Shown: piece after piece, positions 47,121 to 59,267 of the stretch
How positions within the stretch are numbered: the stretch's first letter is position 1
How the letters are laid out: each line of letters opens with the position of its first letter
Source of the DNA: Setoptus koraiensis
Taxonomy: Eukaryota > Animalia > Arthropoda
NCBI GenBank assembly: GCA_048013815.1
Contig: CM106585.1
Location: 7,502,001-7,566,000, forward strand
DNA length: 64,000 nucleotides
Direction: 5' to 3'
The notes under the pieces: model-generated
Database searches by the model: none
What the model was told of the DNA's origin: nothing
Seen by the model: only the letters and a program-made list of their open reading frames with translations
Program-made: the position numbers and the translations under genes

Positions 47121-48081
47121 CCGTCTCAGCATAGATGTGCGTCGCTGCCTCATGTTGATTTCTTTAGAAAAAATTCCAAACTTGTTGATTACTAATTAAA
47201 TGCAATATGCTTCGCTTGAAAAAGTAGAATTCCAACCTATCGGTTTTTTCTCTTCTAACGTCGTTTCCTGTCCGAGTAAACATTGAACAAGGTTACATAC
47301 ATTCAATTGATGTTTCGAATACTATCGCCCCCGGATGCATTACCGTTTTCGACGGATTGAATTGAATCACTAATATTATAAAATGCCTTCGAAGCTATCT
47401 TTCTTGACTTGAATCTTTATCATAATGCTGAAAGGATACGTGGTGACCAACATCTCCTGTCGTAGAAGGGTTCAAAAAGCAAAATCATAACTTTATATAG
47501 TCTATTTGTCATCCAAGACTAAAACCGCTGTGAACAATCATCAGTAATGAGACATTGAAATCCTGTGAATAAGCTCGCCTTCTATCTCGACTACGGTAGA
47601 TTGTTTTCCTACTTGTTGAGTAGCACTACAATACAATTGAACAAATACCATTTTATTTAAAATTGGAGACCACCATGTCGAATAATTATTATGAACGTGT
47701 ATGGAATAACTCAAAGTCAAAGTCACTCTTCTGGGACAAGCTTCGGCTGAAAAACCTCATCGCTTTTTGTACTCATAATGCACTAACAAGTGCATTGTTG
47801 ATATGAAGTGCTTGTATAATGCACCCCAATCGCACTTAGTTAATGTCGTCATGCACTGGAAGTTTCAGCCAATTAGCACGAAATCGGTGGTCTTGACAAC
47901 ACGTCCAAGACAATACATTCACAATTTTTTGCACAGATTGAGTCTCTGTCTCTATTTAAAGCATTCAATAAAAGAAGAGACAAACTAGTCGTAATCGCCA
48001 GAACAATTTCAACCCAACTCCAAGTATCATTCTAATTATCATCATAATAAGATAGAAATTGAAAAAACTCATTACTCGATC

Positions 48082-48873
48082 ATGACTGAAAAGGTTGCTA
48101 TTATCACTGGGTCCAGTTCTGGTATAGGTGAGGCCACAGCAAAATTATTTCTCAAGAACGGATATCAGGTTGTCATTACAGGTAGCAAACAGGAAAAATT
48201 GGACAAAGTTGTAGAAGGTTGTAAAGGGTTATCCCCTAAGGGATTTGAGCCGTTGGCCGTTGTCGCCGACTTTCGTCAACCTGATAATGTAGAAATTATT
48301 TTGCAGAAGACCTTGGAAAGATTTGGTCGACTAGATGTTCTTGTAAACAATGCTGGAACAATCATTAGACCTTCTGAAGGAAATCTAAAGGATACTTATG
48401 ATGCATACCGTGAAACTATGTCGATCAACTTGGATTCGACAGTAAAATTAACATTGGCTGCGGCGGAACACCTGAAGAAGACCAAGGGCAATGTTGTCAA
48501 TGTGTCTAGTGTTGGTTGCTTGAAACCTTCGGACAAAGCCTATGCTTATTGTACTTCAAAAGCTGCTATGACAATGTTTTCCAAATGTTTGGCCATTGAT
48601 TTAGCACCAGATGTCAGAGTTAACACAGTGTTACCAGGACCCGTGGCGACACCATTAGTTAACAATGTTGGAATAACTGAGGACATGTTTCGCAAACTTG
48701 TTGGAGGCACCTGTCTTACCGGTCGCGTAGGCGAGCCTGACGAGATAGCCAAAGCGATAGCATATTTGGCTTCGGACGACGCACTTTTCGTCACTGGAAC
48801 CGATCTGGTGATTGACGGTGGTTACCTCATCAGACCTAACTCTATGGCTTCAACTATAAAGCAACAACAATAA
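48082..48873 (+). CDS. Classical short-chain dehydrogenase/reductase (FabG-like), intronless
   Basis: TGSSSGIG cofactor motif, LVNNAG, VSS, catalytic YCTSK, PG.V.T, TGTDLVIDGG. Confidence 0.93.
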   Translation: MTEKVAIITGSSSGIGEATAKLFLKNGYQVVITGSKQEKLDKVVEGCKGLSPKGFEPLAVVADFRQPDNVEIILQKTLERFGRLDVLVNNAGTIIRPSEGNLKDTYDAYRETMSINLDSTVKLTLAAAEHLKKTKGNVVNVSSVGCLKPSDKAYAYCTSKAAMTMFSKCLAIDLAPDVRVNTVLPGPVATPLVNNVGITEDMFRKLVGGTCLTGRVGEPDEIAKAIAYLASDDALFVTGTDLVIDGGYLIRPNSMASTIKQQQ

Positions 48874-50163
48874 GCTCAGTTTATCTCGCTGACCGATGAA
48901 AATAGGAGTTTCTGCTCTGGCAAGTTTGAAGACAATTACATCAATACATGATCATGTTCCGTATGAGCTTCTTACAATAAACCTGGCTCTTAATACGTCA
49001 ACCAGATACTTCACCCATTGTCTAGCCAATCACCAATTATTATGATAATAAATACTTTGTCTCATTGTTATTTTATCCCCACGGTACACACATACTTATA
49101 CAATTAGGACTCAATTATAATATATATCAGTATATTGTTGCCACTGTTTTGTATATAATGAGTAATAATGGTGGCTCCTCAGGAAAAAAGGAAAATAGAT
49201 TAAAATGCTTCCAGGTTTGCAAAGAGAGACGATGTCATGTTTTATGGAAGAAAAATCCTTAGAAGGGTCAAAACAGCCCTTCTAGACATGTGTCAGATTG
49301 GCAAGTTCCCAGAATCAATCCAGGATCATATGCCGTCTCCATGCAGTCTGAGCAGCAGCTAGATTCACTTATTACCTGCAGGATTGGCCAGATTCAGCTA
49401 ACAACAGCATCAAAGAAACACACACACACACTTGTAAGCGTAGCTGTGTCGGGACGCAATTTGGCGGGGTGGGCGTGCGAGGTTATCGTCCACGAAATCA
49501 ATGACTGGAAATGTTGGCTATTCTTTGATTGATTAGTCCAGTTGATAAGCTATTTGTGGTTGATTTATGAGTGGACTCGAGAGTGTATTTGTTAATTGAG
49601 ACAACACTAATTAACAAATCGTCACCAGTCCGAACCCTTTATCGTTATAAAATGCTCGAATGATGTGATGCGGATTTGACGGGGGCGTGTACGCGGCACG
49701 CCATGACACCTGGTGTGTTCCGCACAAACTTCGTGCATCTGTTTAGCCAATAGATCATACAGTACCATTGTCACTGACTATTTGTCAGTGAGCTAGACTC
49801 TTTGTAAACTTCCACGTAGCTGCAAAATCTTACCCTAAAGAATGCTCGAAATCGCCATTATCTATCTCTTTAACCGTTATAACAGTTTTGCCCAATTGTT
49901 ATACTATTCTAGTTAGGAGGAATACATTCAATGATTAATCTATTTATTTCGAAACGCATATAATTTTTGTCATCGATTGAAGATCTACATACCTATCACC
50001 ATTCGTAGCTTTATCATAGACACAAAAAAGGAAGGGCCATCAGTTACTGGATGATTGCTTAACTCAGACTAGATTGGCTTAGCGGACTCTCGATAGAACT
50101 CAACTACTATTATTAATATTTTTGTAAAACTACAGGAAATAGATCAGTTATTGTCCACTTAAA

Positions 50164-51250
50164 ATGTTTTTTAATTTAAGAAGATTGGATATTTACAGGA
50201 AGGTACCCAAAGATCTCACCCAACCAACAGTTGGAGGCGCTGTAATCTCAGTCTTCTGCATTCTATTCATCGGTATTCTATTCATAACAGAACTATGGGA
50301 CTTTCTCACGCCAGTAATGTAAGCAATATCATAATCCAATATCTCAATATCATAACATATACGAAATCAGTTGACTACAGTACTAACTGTGATTCTATTA
50401 TACCATATCTATTATTCTTCTGAAAATAGAATTAACGAATTATTTGTGGATCAATCTAATGGTCATGAAAAGATTGATGTCAGGTTGAATGTGTCACTGC
50501 CTAGACTCAATTGTAAATATGCCGGTTTGGATATACAAGACGAGTCTGGTAGACATGAGGTCGGAGCTCTAGACAATATGATCAAAGCTCCATTAGACAA
50601 TGGTGTCGGCTGCAGAATTGAAGTAGTTTTCCAAATAAACAAGGTTCCTGGAAATTTCCATTTATCTACTCATTCTTCCTCTCAACAACCATCAACCATT
50701 GACATGGCTCATGAGATACACGAGATATCGTTCGGCGATGATGTGAAATTTTTGAATCTTCATGGTAGCTTCGATCCACTTGGGAAGATTAAAAAATTAG
50801 ACGCTGCAGGTGAGAAAAGTGCCTCTATTCAACTTTCTTTTCTTGAATAAGCCCCCCCCCTGCCAGATACAACTTACTAATGTTTCTCACTGTTCTCCTT
50901 CTCTCATGAACTCTTTAGCTCTAGAATCGCACGAGTATCATCTGAGGATAGTCCCATCAATATATGAAGAATTGAATGGTGTTGTTCTGAGGCCTTATCA
51001 GTATAGCTTTGCTTATAAGAAATACATTTCCATGAGTTTCTCTGGTCATGTCATACCAGCCATTTGGTTCAAGTACGATATAAACCCAATTAGTGTAAAA
51101 TACGTCGAACGAAGAAAACCAGTTTACGAGTTTATCTGCATGACATGCGCTATTGTTGGCGGCACTTTCACGGTGGCTGGCATCATAGATTCTCTGGTCT
51201 ATACAGCATCCAATATATTTGAAAAGTTAGAGCTAGGAAAGTTGATGTAG
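50164..51250 (+). CDS. ERGIC1: ER-Golgi intermediate compartment protein 1 (ERGIC-32), exons 50164..50318, 50430..50809, 50919..51250 (about 288 aa)
   Basis: LRRLDIYRKVPKDLTQPT, INKVPGNFHLSTH, PAIWFKYDINPISVKY, CAIVGGTFTVAGIIDS, C-terminal LGKLM; phase-compatible GT..AG introns. Confidence 0.9.
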
Positions 51251-52276
51251 TTCTGCAACAAGAATTTACTTCACAATATACAAATCAATTCTCTCATGTT
51301 GTAACCATTATATTAATTCAAAGAATATCAATAAATTAATTTATATAGTAAATATTATATTAGTATGATATAATGACGCACGTCAATGATTGATATATCT
51401 CGGTAACAATTCCGAGAGACATGCTGACGATTATAGCTGGGCAGGTCAGGATGGTCAGTCTGGGTTTGGTTGTTGTTCAAACTTGGCGCAATAAAGAACC
51501 AAACAGGTCCTTTTGGTTGTGACCCGCTACTCCTGATAGTGACCATTGTTCTACTGCGATACGCTGGACACTTCTGGGTGCTATCACCGGCCCGACGCGC
51601 CAGACGACACACCCCCTTCCACAGAACACTGGTGTAGGTACCAGTGTACACATGTTGCTGATTTACACGTCTATGCCACGGACGGACAGTACACTGGACA
51701 CACAGGTTTCGTTGTAAGTGTATCCAACCCACATACATTTTCGGTACATGCATCCCATAGGTTGGTACGGGTGGTGTTGTTATTGTTTTTTTTTTTTTGT
51801 TATCATCAGCACAAGTATAATCAACATTGTTAGCCTGTCCGGCTTTTAACAAATTCAATCAACTTGTTTGTATCCATCGTCAGCCTAACGATTAGCATAT
51901 TTATAAATCATCTCATGTGTTGTATGAGGACAAAGAATCAGCATGGACATCAAATTCGATTTGCCACCAGCATCCAAACTCGTTGAAGCATCATCACGGA
52001 TATCATCATCATCGCTATTCGCCACTTCAGCCATCATGATCATAATCATAATCTAATTTTTTAGTTACCATTATAATTCCTGCTCACTAATCAATCATCA
52101 TGGACAATGAGTTTAAAAGCTTATTCTTTCTCTTCAGCAACTAGATTAGGAATAATTCAACCGGCGCAAGAACGAGAGTTTAATCCATCTCAGTAGTTTT
52201 TATTATTGACCTGTTAGTTAATTGACCACGAAACGACCACATTTAGATAAATAGATAGGTAGAAACGACAATTACG

Positions 52277-53696
52277 ATGATGAACAATAACAATTCTAGC
52301 TTCATCAATAACGGATGTAGTAACAATGATAATTGTATGGGACACCATCATCAAAATCATTTTAATGGCACCTATGTCAACAATGACAACGGAAACTCTA
52401 CGCTAAATGGAACAAATCATCAGTTGTGTTGCAGAAACAAAGATGACAACCAAATGCAGAATCATAATGATTATGAGCCTTATAGTAATAGTAGTCATTT
52501 ACTTGATATTAGCTCATGCGAGAGCCACACGCAATATCATGTGCCTGATTATGCGACACCTTTCAATGAATTCTCTTTACATTATAAAAGTTTAAGAGCG
52601 GATTATGAGACGCTTAAAACACAAAATGCTGTTCTTAGGGAAGAGTTGGAAAAAGTCCGAAAAGTCGATAGAATTGTTATGGTGAGTAAACTGTTACAAA
52701 GTAACTCCAAGTCGTAGAACTTTCATCTCTTAGCACTAATCAGACCATTCAACGAATACAATGATACTTGTCCTTTGAACAGATCGAACGAGAACTCGAA
52801 CAGGCCCGTCTAGCACACCGACAATTGACGGAATCATCGAAAAGAATGGAAAAGCAAGCTAAAGATATTATCGCACTTTTGAAGTCGCCACTCATACATA
52901 ATACTGTAACTAAGGAACAAAATGGTAAGTAAAATTCGAAAGTTACAATGAACTCTTGTCATTTTCATATATTATACAAACATACTGAAAATTTGACCAC
53001 AATTTCTCTCATTTGCAAGCATTATCTTTAGAGCTCCAGTTTAAAATTCAAGAACAAGAAAAAGATATCCAGAAATTGAATTCTCACATAATTGAACAGA
53101 GTAAACATATACGTTTTTTGGATCTAGCATTTCAAGAGCAAGAGCGGCGATGCAAGGAATCGCACATACCTCGAGAAAAACTTCATCTCTTATTGACAAG
53201 CCTTGATCATGACAAAACACAGTCTCAGCCTATAAACCAGACAACAACGCCGATACAAGCTCATGAGAATAACGAAGATTCGCAAATTCTACTGACCGGA
53301 ACGAGATCAATCAACAACAATCTACTACCCACCGGTGTTAAAGACTCTGTCATGAACTCAGACTATGGTTCAAATACTCGGACTTTACCTGGCGGACATG
53401 GCGTAAATACTTTAGACCAAGGCAGAGTTGAGAACGTTACTTCAAGTCTAAGTAAAATTAATTTGTCCACAATGTCTGGATCCAATAGTTCCTCTACAGA
53501 TGTCGGCGGTCATCCCAAAGTTACCGAGATAAATCAAAACAAAAAAATACTTACAGGACTCAACCGAGCAAGCTCTAGTTTGGTTCAATCAGCTGCACCT
53601 ACCTCATTGGGGACAACGAACTCATTTCCTAATTTAGACCAAAACTGCATCATTCCCTCCCTTCTTTCTGATAAAACTCTCCAAAATGATCGATAA
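52277..53696 (+). CDS. Reduced angiomotin-like coiled-coil protein, exons 52277..52681, 52783..52924 and 53020 (or 53032)..53696
   Basis: Spliced QNAVLREELEKVRKVDRIVMIERELEQARLAHRQLTESSKRME resembles the start of the angiomotin coiled coil; LNSHIIEQSKHIRFL resembles LHA.IIEKDAMIKVL; donors GTGAGT and GTAAGT. Confidence 0.55.
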
Positions 53697-54240
53697 CAAT
53701 AAATGTTTTTTTATTGTTTCTTAACTGAAACTTCATTCTCTCTTTTCTGTGAACAATATTTTTTGACTGTGCAATTATTTATCTAAATAATTATGACCAC
53801 CATGATATTCAAGTTGAGTGATCTGGTTTTGGTGCCACCCTTATATAAAACATGGTGATTTACTGATTCCTTGTAGACCAGCTCTTTCGAGAAGAACTTG
53901 AAATAAAGTCCTGCTACTTCCGTCATACGGGACTTGATTGAATGCTTGAGTGATTTTGTACCATGAAAGTGATTTAGATACTGAGTTAAGTATGAGTTGT
54001 TTTCATTCACCTCTGTTGTGAGTCTCTCTTGTATGATCAAGATAATAAAAACAACTGTTATATCAGACAAGTTGTTTGTGTTGCATAACATAGAGAATGC
54101 GAATTGCATTATTGGAATCTGAATAAACAGTCGGTGTTTCTCTTTTCTGGAGCGCGCATTTTTTCACCATTAACATTTTTTATCCGGAAAGTTCAATCCC
54201 ATTTAAGCTTGAAGATAAAAAGTTGCAATGTATATCAAAA

Positions 54241-55141
54241 ATGAACTTACTTGATAAAGTCGCATTAAACTTCGTGTTCATCATCATTTGTTCATCATAT
54301 TCTTTTGTGGAATCATATTCATTTGCTCACAATATCAGATTATTTCAATCGCTTGGCCCTCGCCACAACAATAATCCTACAAAGAGTGATCATCGTTTAC
54401 AGATTCCCAAGAATGTTAGAATACCCAACGAGCCACTCAAGCAAAAACGAAAGGCAAAGTATTCACCGGACGTATTGCTTCTTACAAGCTACAATCCTCT
54501 CGCCAAACTGTCAGGAAATTCTGGAATGAACTATAATAATAAAACAGTTGGTTCAACCGTTGAATTGAACTTGAGCAACCTAAAAAATGAATCATTTCAC
54601 AAAGTTTTAAAATCGGGCTCAGAGGCTGTAAAGTTACATGACGACATGATGCTCGAAAGCCCAAACGATGGAATGGTGCGGGTCAGAATGTACTTTCACC
54701 AGGCCATACATGATGATCCCAAACACTATGGAAATGGTCCGTGGAACTTTTGGGGGTATGTATTCAGAATGATGATGCTTCCAATAGGATAAATTGAGTA
54801 GTTTAGAAAGTCTACAGCAATACTTTATATATTTCGCAACTTTTTCTAGTCATGGGTGGGGATACGAGTACGGATTCGACCCCGAAGATTACGACAGAAG
54901 ACGTTATCAAAGAGGTTATACAATAGAAAAGGCATACGGTAGAGACTTTTGCCAAAATCAGACCAATTGCAGACGAGAGGACCCAAAATTTTTCGAGAAG
55001 GCACGCAAATACAGCCCAAACATGCCAACATTCATAACAGATACAGGAGAGAGGCTAACACGTTTCTCAAGTGGACAAGAGGAACCTACTAAGACACCAG
55101 ATGAAATATTGGCACTATTATGGAAAAGGATTCCCATCTAA
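54241..55141 (+). CDS. Predicted secreted protein of unknown function, exons 54241..54755 and 54850..55141 (about 268 aa)
   Basis: Signal-like VALNFVFIIICSSYSFVES; phase-2 intron GG|GTATGT..TTTCTAG|T joins GPWNFWG to HGWGYEYGFDPEDY...AYGRDFC. Confidence 0.7.
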
Positions 55142-55218
55142 TTTAATCTTGTTTATATCTAGTCATGAATACTATATTCTGTTAGTAGAGTATTAAAAAT
55201 CAATATTCATCTTCTATT

Positions 55219-58200
55219 CTACCTTCTTCCCACTGGCAATGGATACTGAACATTAATTTTAGTCCTGGTAGTCGTTGTAATCTGTTGTCCGTCTTGACAG
55301 CCTATAGCCACGCCGTATGATTGTTTTCTTAACAGGCCCACCGGAGTTGATTCAATTTGGATGTCCTTCATACAACCAGTGAATGATTCCAACTCTAGTC
55401 CAGTAGATGCTGTGTAAGTTTTCTTGTTCAACATAGGCCAGACACCACCAAAGAAAACCAGATCCATATCGAGCATTTGAAGTTTATCGTCAATGACAGA
55501 CTCTTTGAATTCGTCGTCGACAGATAAGACTAGCTGATTGAGCTCTTTTTCTGCTGTTATCTTGAACCAGCGACCATTATTATATTCTTTGCTGGTTGTC
55601 ATATTATGCTCGACATACACTGTATTGTTTTCCGTCAGTTTACCGACACTATAAACAAGACGTCCTCGTTTAAGCTGAATTGCCAGATAATTGTGCGATT
55701 GGGTACTTATAGACAAGAATACCAACGAGTTTTGGTCAGTTGTACGAATATTCATGGATAGCATGTACCTGGTGGGATCATATAATCTACTTTGTGTCGC
55801 TAGAGCGTACGATTGAATGCCGCTAAACGAGAACGTTGCTGGATCACGGGGCTCTTGAGCACCCTCCATACATCCCTGACAACCTTGATTTGTTTTGAAA
55901 TTCCACAAGCCAACTTGTTGGCCATTCAGAGTTGCGTCATATAAGCATCCAGTCAAGCGAGCAGACTCAATTTGTTTTGGTACGACAAAAGAGTCACCAG
56001 TTGATGGCAAGCCACCGATATAGAAATGGATGTTTGCCTCGCCGTAGGGTGATGTTTGTAATTGTGACACAGGTAATGATAAATGCAGAGGATGTCTTAC
56101 TTCTTGGGTGTCTATTTCCTTTGAATGAGGCACAGACTTCACACTCAATCTGGCAGTATCGTCAGTGAAGTTGAGCTCTATCTTGTACCATAATTCATCA
56201 TCAAGTAGATTGTTATCATTGGAGATTAACTTTCTCGGATGGGTCAAAACTTGATATCCCGAGGGAGTATACGAGCCTAGATTGTAAATAACTCTGATGT
56301 GACGATCTATCATCTCTACAGCCAGATAATCTTCATTCACCTTGCTACCCAAAAACAGTAACAATGCATCAGTGTCTTGCTGTCCATGAGTTGAATAAAT
56401 CAGAGTAACCTGTTCTATATTAAAACCACCCAAATTAACCCCAGATCCGGCTGCGCCTGATAAAACAGATGGCACAAAATATGATCTAGTACATATGCTA
56501 GAATCGGAGCTAGGCATCAATGATACATGAACACTCGTTGATTCTTGGTGACCCAGTTGGATTTTGCGTTTCAGTAAATCAAGATCCAAATCTAGTTTCT
56601 CTTCGAGTTTTAGTAGTCTCTTGAGGGTCTCATTACTACTCAATTTGTACTCGATTGCCTGAAGAAGATCCCGATTGGCCTTGTCTAGAACCAGGCTGAG
56701 ATTACCTAACGAAGATTGGGATCCAGCACTTAATCTCTCAAACTGTGGCAGCAGAGTCTTGTAGATTAGATCAGCTAAGAGCTGCAATCGTTTGTGAATA
56801 TCGGCGATGCGATCTAATAGTTTACGTAGAAATCTATCGATTTCCTGTAGTTGACCGTATAAGTCCTTACCGGCCAATTGTTTCAATCCAGCGTTAATGG
56901 CATCTAAGGCTAAAGCTATATTCCTAACTTCATCGAACAATCCTTCAATTATTCTACGATTCTTCTCCAATTCCAGAGATAGACGCTGCAAGTCTTGATC
57001 TCGAAGCTTTTTAGCTTTCTCCAAAAGTTCCAACGATTTTCTCTTCGATTCTTTGGCTCTATCAACCAAGGACTCATCGAAATCTGGCACTGCTTGCTTG
57101 TAGGCTTTCTCAGCCGCATCGAAGGCTCTCCTGGCAGCTTTTTCAGCATCTTTTATAGAGCTAACAATTAATTTGTAGGCGTTTGCTGCTTTCATAGCAT
57201 AGTCGGCCACATCACGAGTTGAATTGAATAGGCCGTCTAGTTCTTTCGATTTCTTCAGTAACTCGTCACCATGTTCGCGGCATTTATCAACATACTTTTT
57301 CTGATATTCTGGATTCAATCTAGACAGAATACTTCTTCTTTCCTCTAAATCGTGTGCACTACTGTTAAGATCGGATAACTGACGAGGCAATTGATCCAAA
57401 TATGTAGACTCCTCAGCGAGACAACTTTTAGTTATTTCTAGCAGTCTCTTCGAATCCTCGATAAGTTTATTTCCTTCGTTGTATCTCAATCCACTTTCTT
57501 TAAGAAGATCGAGAATGGCCTGGTATTTCTTTCTACCTTCTTGAACTAGATCATTTGATTTTTGCACTGGTTGAAGCACTTGATCCTGGACTATCCTACT
57601 GAATTCTAATAATGTCTTTGTCAGCTGCTCTATTCTTCTTAATAGCTCTGCAGACTTCTCTGGATCTATCAGCAAGTTTCTTATACGCTCTAATAGAGCT
57701 TTGGCCTTGCGTAGTTCTCTTTCGGCATCATCCAGATATGGCTTGAAATTTCTCTGTTTTAGTTCTCTTAAAATCATCTCACTCTCTTGGAGAATACGTT
57801 CAATTCTGCTGGGTGACAGACCACTTGGACCGAAACCATGCTCATTTAAAGCTTTAATTGTTTTACGTATCCTATCCCAGAGGTCATTTAATATGCCATT
57901 GAGAGTTTTTTCGGCCAACAATTTCGCTTGATTGGCCTCGTACACCACATTTGGTGCTCTTGAGTTTAACTCTTTCGCGCGTAAGTACAATATGTCGGCA
58001 ATTGTCTCTTGGCTAAAGTTCAACATATAACTATCAACCAATTCCTTGCCTTGATCAATTACTTTCAGATATTTACTTAGACGCTCGGCCAACTTGTTTG
58101 CCCTGTTCTGTAAGTAAGCTAATCGTTTAAGAGGTCCATTCTTGAGTTCCGGTACCAATCGTAGAATCTCGTCAAACAACAAACCTATTTCGTCTAAATC

Positions 58201-58986
58201 ATCTAGGAGTAGTCCACTACAATCGTTGTCACACTGAATTGTGCGCGATTTGTTGTTCTGTAAATTCATATCAACATTAAATAACGCTCCCTCTACTTGA
58301 TCCATATGATATTTGGCTCTGATAAGTGTACGATCAAGGCCCGCCAAAACCAGTGAAAAGTCTTCTCTTGACACTGGTATGTCGCTCAATCTCAATTGTT
58401 GCTTGCCATTCTCGTCATCAATATTATTAATGTAGTACCAACCTGGCTCAGTCAATGGCATCTTTATAGTTTGATTGGTGTTCCATCCTGATGTCAGTTC
58501 GTCTGTTCTTAAAAGTTTGTAACCAATCCTCATATGCTTGTTCTGCGGTCCACCCTCCAACACGAGATCTGGCTCGTCAACAAATCTACCCGATGTGTCA
58601 CCACGCGTGACAATGTGATTGATTAAAAATTGAAGATCACCGCCGTAAGTGAAAATCTTCCATGAATAATACACTTCCGGTGCCTGCCAATAATAAGTGT
58701 TCACGGGCCAATTACTGACCTCATCGTTGGGTATGACCAAATGCCTATTGATGAAAGTCGGCTTATACTGGTTTATACCTGCTAGATCCACAATTTCCCA
58801 ATCTTCCACAGAGCGATTGTTGATGGCAACATTTTTTGCTAGACAATATTCGCCACCGTTGATTGTTAATATAATTGCTAGTGACAATATAATAGTTAAT
58901 AATGTAGACACAATAGTATTTTTTTGTTGACTAGCTGTTCGAATCTCGCGACATCCCCAATGAATATTGCTGTACTTTGAGTACAT
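55219..58986 (-). CDS. Truncated-architecture laminin alpha chain: signal, L4/IV domain, coiled coil, two LG domains; single exon, 1255 aa
   Basis: L4 motifs YWQAP...TYGGDL, EPDLVLEG, LIRAKY; CDNDCSGLLLDDL at the start of the rod; about 550-aa coiled coil; LG motifs DYLAVEMIDRHI, TGCLYDATLNGQQVGLWNF, FTGCMKDIQI. Confidence 0.85.
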   Translation of the reverse strand: MYSKYSNIHWGCREIRTASQQKNTIVSTLLTIILSLAIILTINGGEYCLAKNVAINNRSVEDWEIVDLAGINQYKPTFINRHLVIPNDEVSNWPVNTYYWQAPEVYYSWKIFTYGGDLQFLINHIVTRGDTSGRFVDEPDLVLEGGPQNKHMRIGYKLLRTDELTSGWNTNQTIKMPLTEPGWYYINNIDDENGKQQLRLSDIPVSREDFSLVLAGLDRTLIRAKYHMDQVEGALFNVDMNLQNNKSRTIQCDNDCSGLLLDDLDEIGLLFDEILRLVPELKNGPLKRLAYLQNRANKLAERLSKYLKVIDQGKELVDSYMLNFSQETIADILYLRAKELNSRAPNVVYEANQAKLLAEKTLNGILNDLWDRIRKTIKALNEHGFGPSGLSPSRIERILQESEMILRELKQRNFKPYLDDAERELRKAKALLERIRNLLIDPEKSAELLRRIEQLTKTLLEFSRIVQDQVLQPVQKSNDLVQEGRKKYQAILDLLKESGLRYNEGNKLIEDSKRLLEITKSCLAEESTYLDQLPRQLSDLNSSAHDLEERRSILSRLNPEYQKKYVDKCREHGDELLKKSKELDGLFNSTRDVADYAMKAANAYKLIVSSIKDAEKAARRAFDAAEKAYKQAVPDFDESLVDRAKESKRKSLELLEKAKKLRDQDLQRLSLELEKNRRIIEGLFDEVRNIALALDAINAGLKQLAGKDLYGQLQEIDRFLRKLLDRIADIHKRLQLLADLIYKTLLPQFERLSAGSQSSLGNLSLVLDKANRDLLQAIEYKLSSNETLKRLLKLEEKLDLDLDLLKRKIQLGHQESTSVHVSLMPSSDSSICTRSYFVPSVLSGAAGSGVNLGGFNIEQVTLIYSTHGQQDTDALLLFLGSKVNEDYLAVEMIDRHIRVIYNLGSYTPSGYQVLTHPRKLISNDNNLLDDELWYKIELNFTDDTARLSVKSVPHSKEIDTQEVRHPLHLSLPVSQLQTSPYGEANIHFYIGGLPSTGDSFVVPKQIESARLTGCLYDATLNGQQVGLWNFKTNQGCQGCMEGAQEPRDPATFSFSGIQSYALATQSRLYDPTRYMLSMNIRTTDQNSLVFLSISTQSHNYLAIQLKRGRLVYSVGKLTENNTVYVEHNMTTSKEYNNGRWFKITAEKELNQLVLSVDDEFKESVIDDKLQMLDMDLVFFGGVWPMLNKKTYTASTGLELESFTGCMKDIQIESTPVGLLRKQSYGVAIGCQDGQQITTTTRTKINVQYPLPVGRR

Positions 58987-59267
58987 TATTGAGAGGCGCT
59001 TGTAGAAATGGTAATAGGTGATTCAAAGTTTTTGTTTTAATTTATCCTTGTTTTATTTTGACGTTAATCTCAGTAAATTGAACTTTGCAGACCCCTCTCG
59101 ATACATTTTCTCTTGATTACGGCCTTTGTCATTGTATATTTGTATGATATATCAATAATAATGATTGTTTATTTACAAATTTTTGCTTAAATTATCATCT
59201 AAGAATCACTAAAACAAGACACATACTGAATTAACAATGCTCTAAGTCCAGATGTCGATCTTGGTGT

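Noticed and set aside
53783-54109. 108-aa minus-strand ORF as a possible continuation of the laminin
   Set aside because: No LG-like motifs, and it would require an intron spanning a whole + strand gene.
34134-58986. Functional clustering of LARGE with a laminin alpha (matriglycan-LG binding)
   Set aside because: They are about 19 kb apart with unrelated genes between them, and this laminin lacks LG4-5; most likely coincidence.
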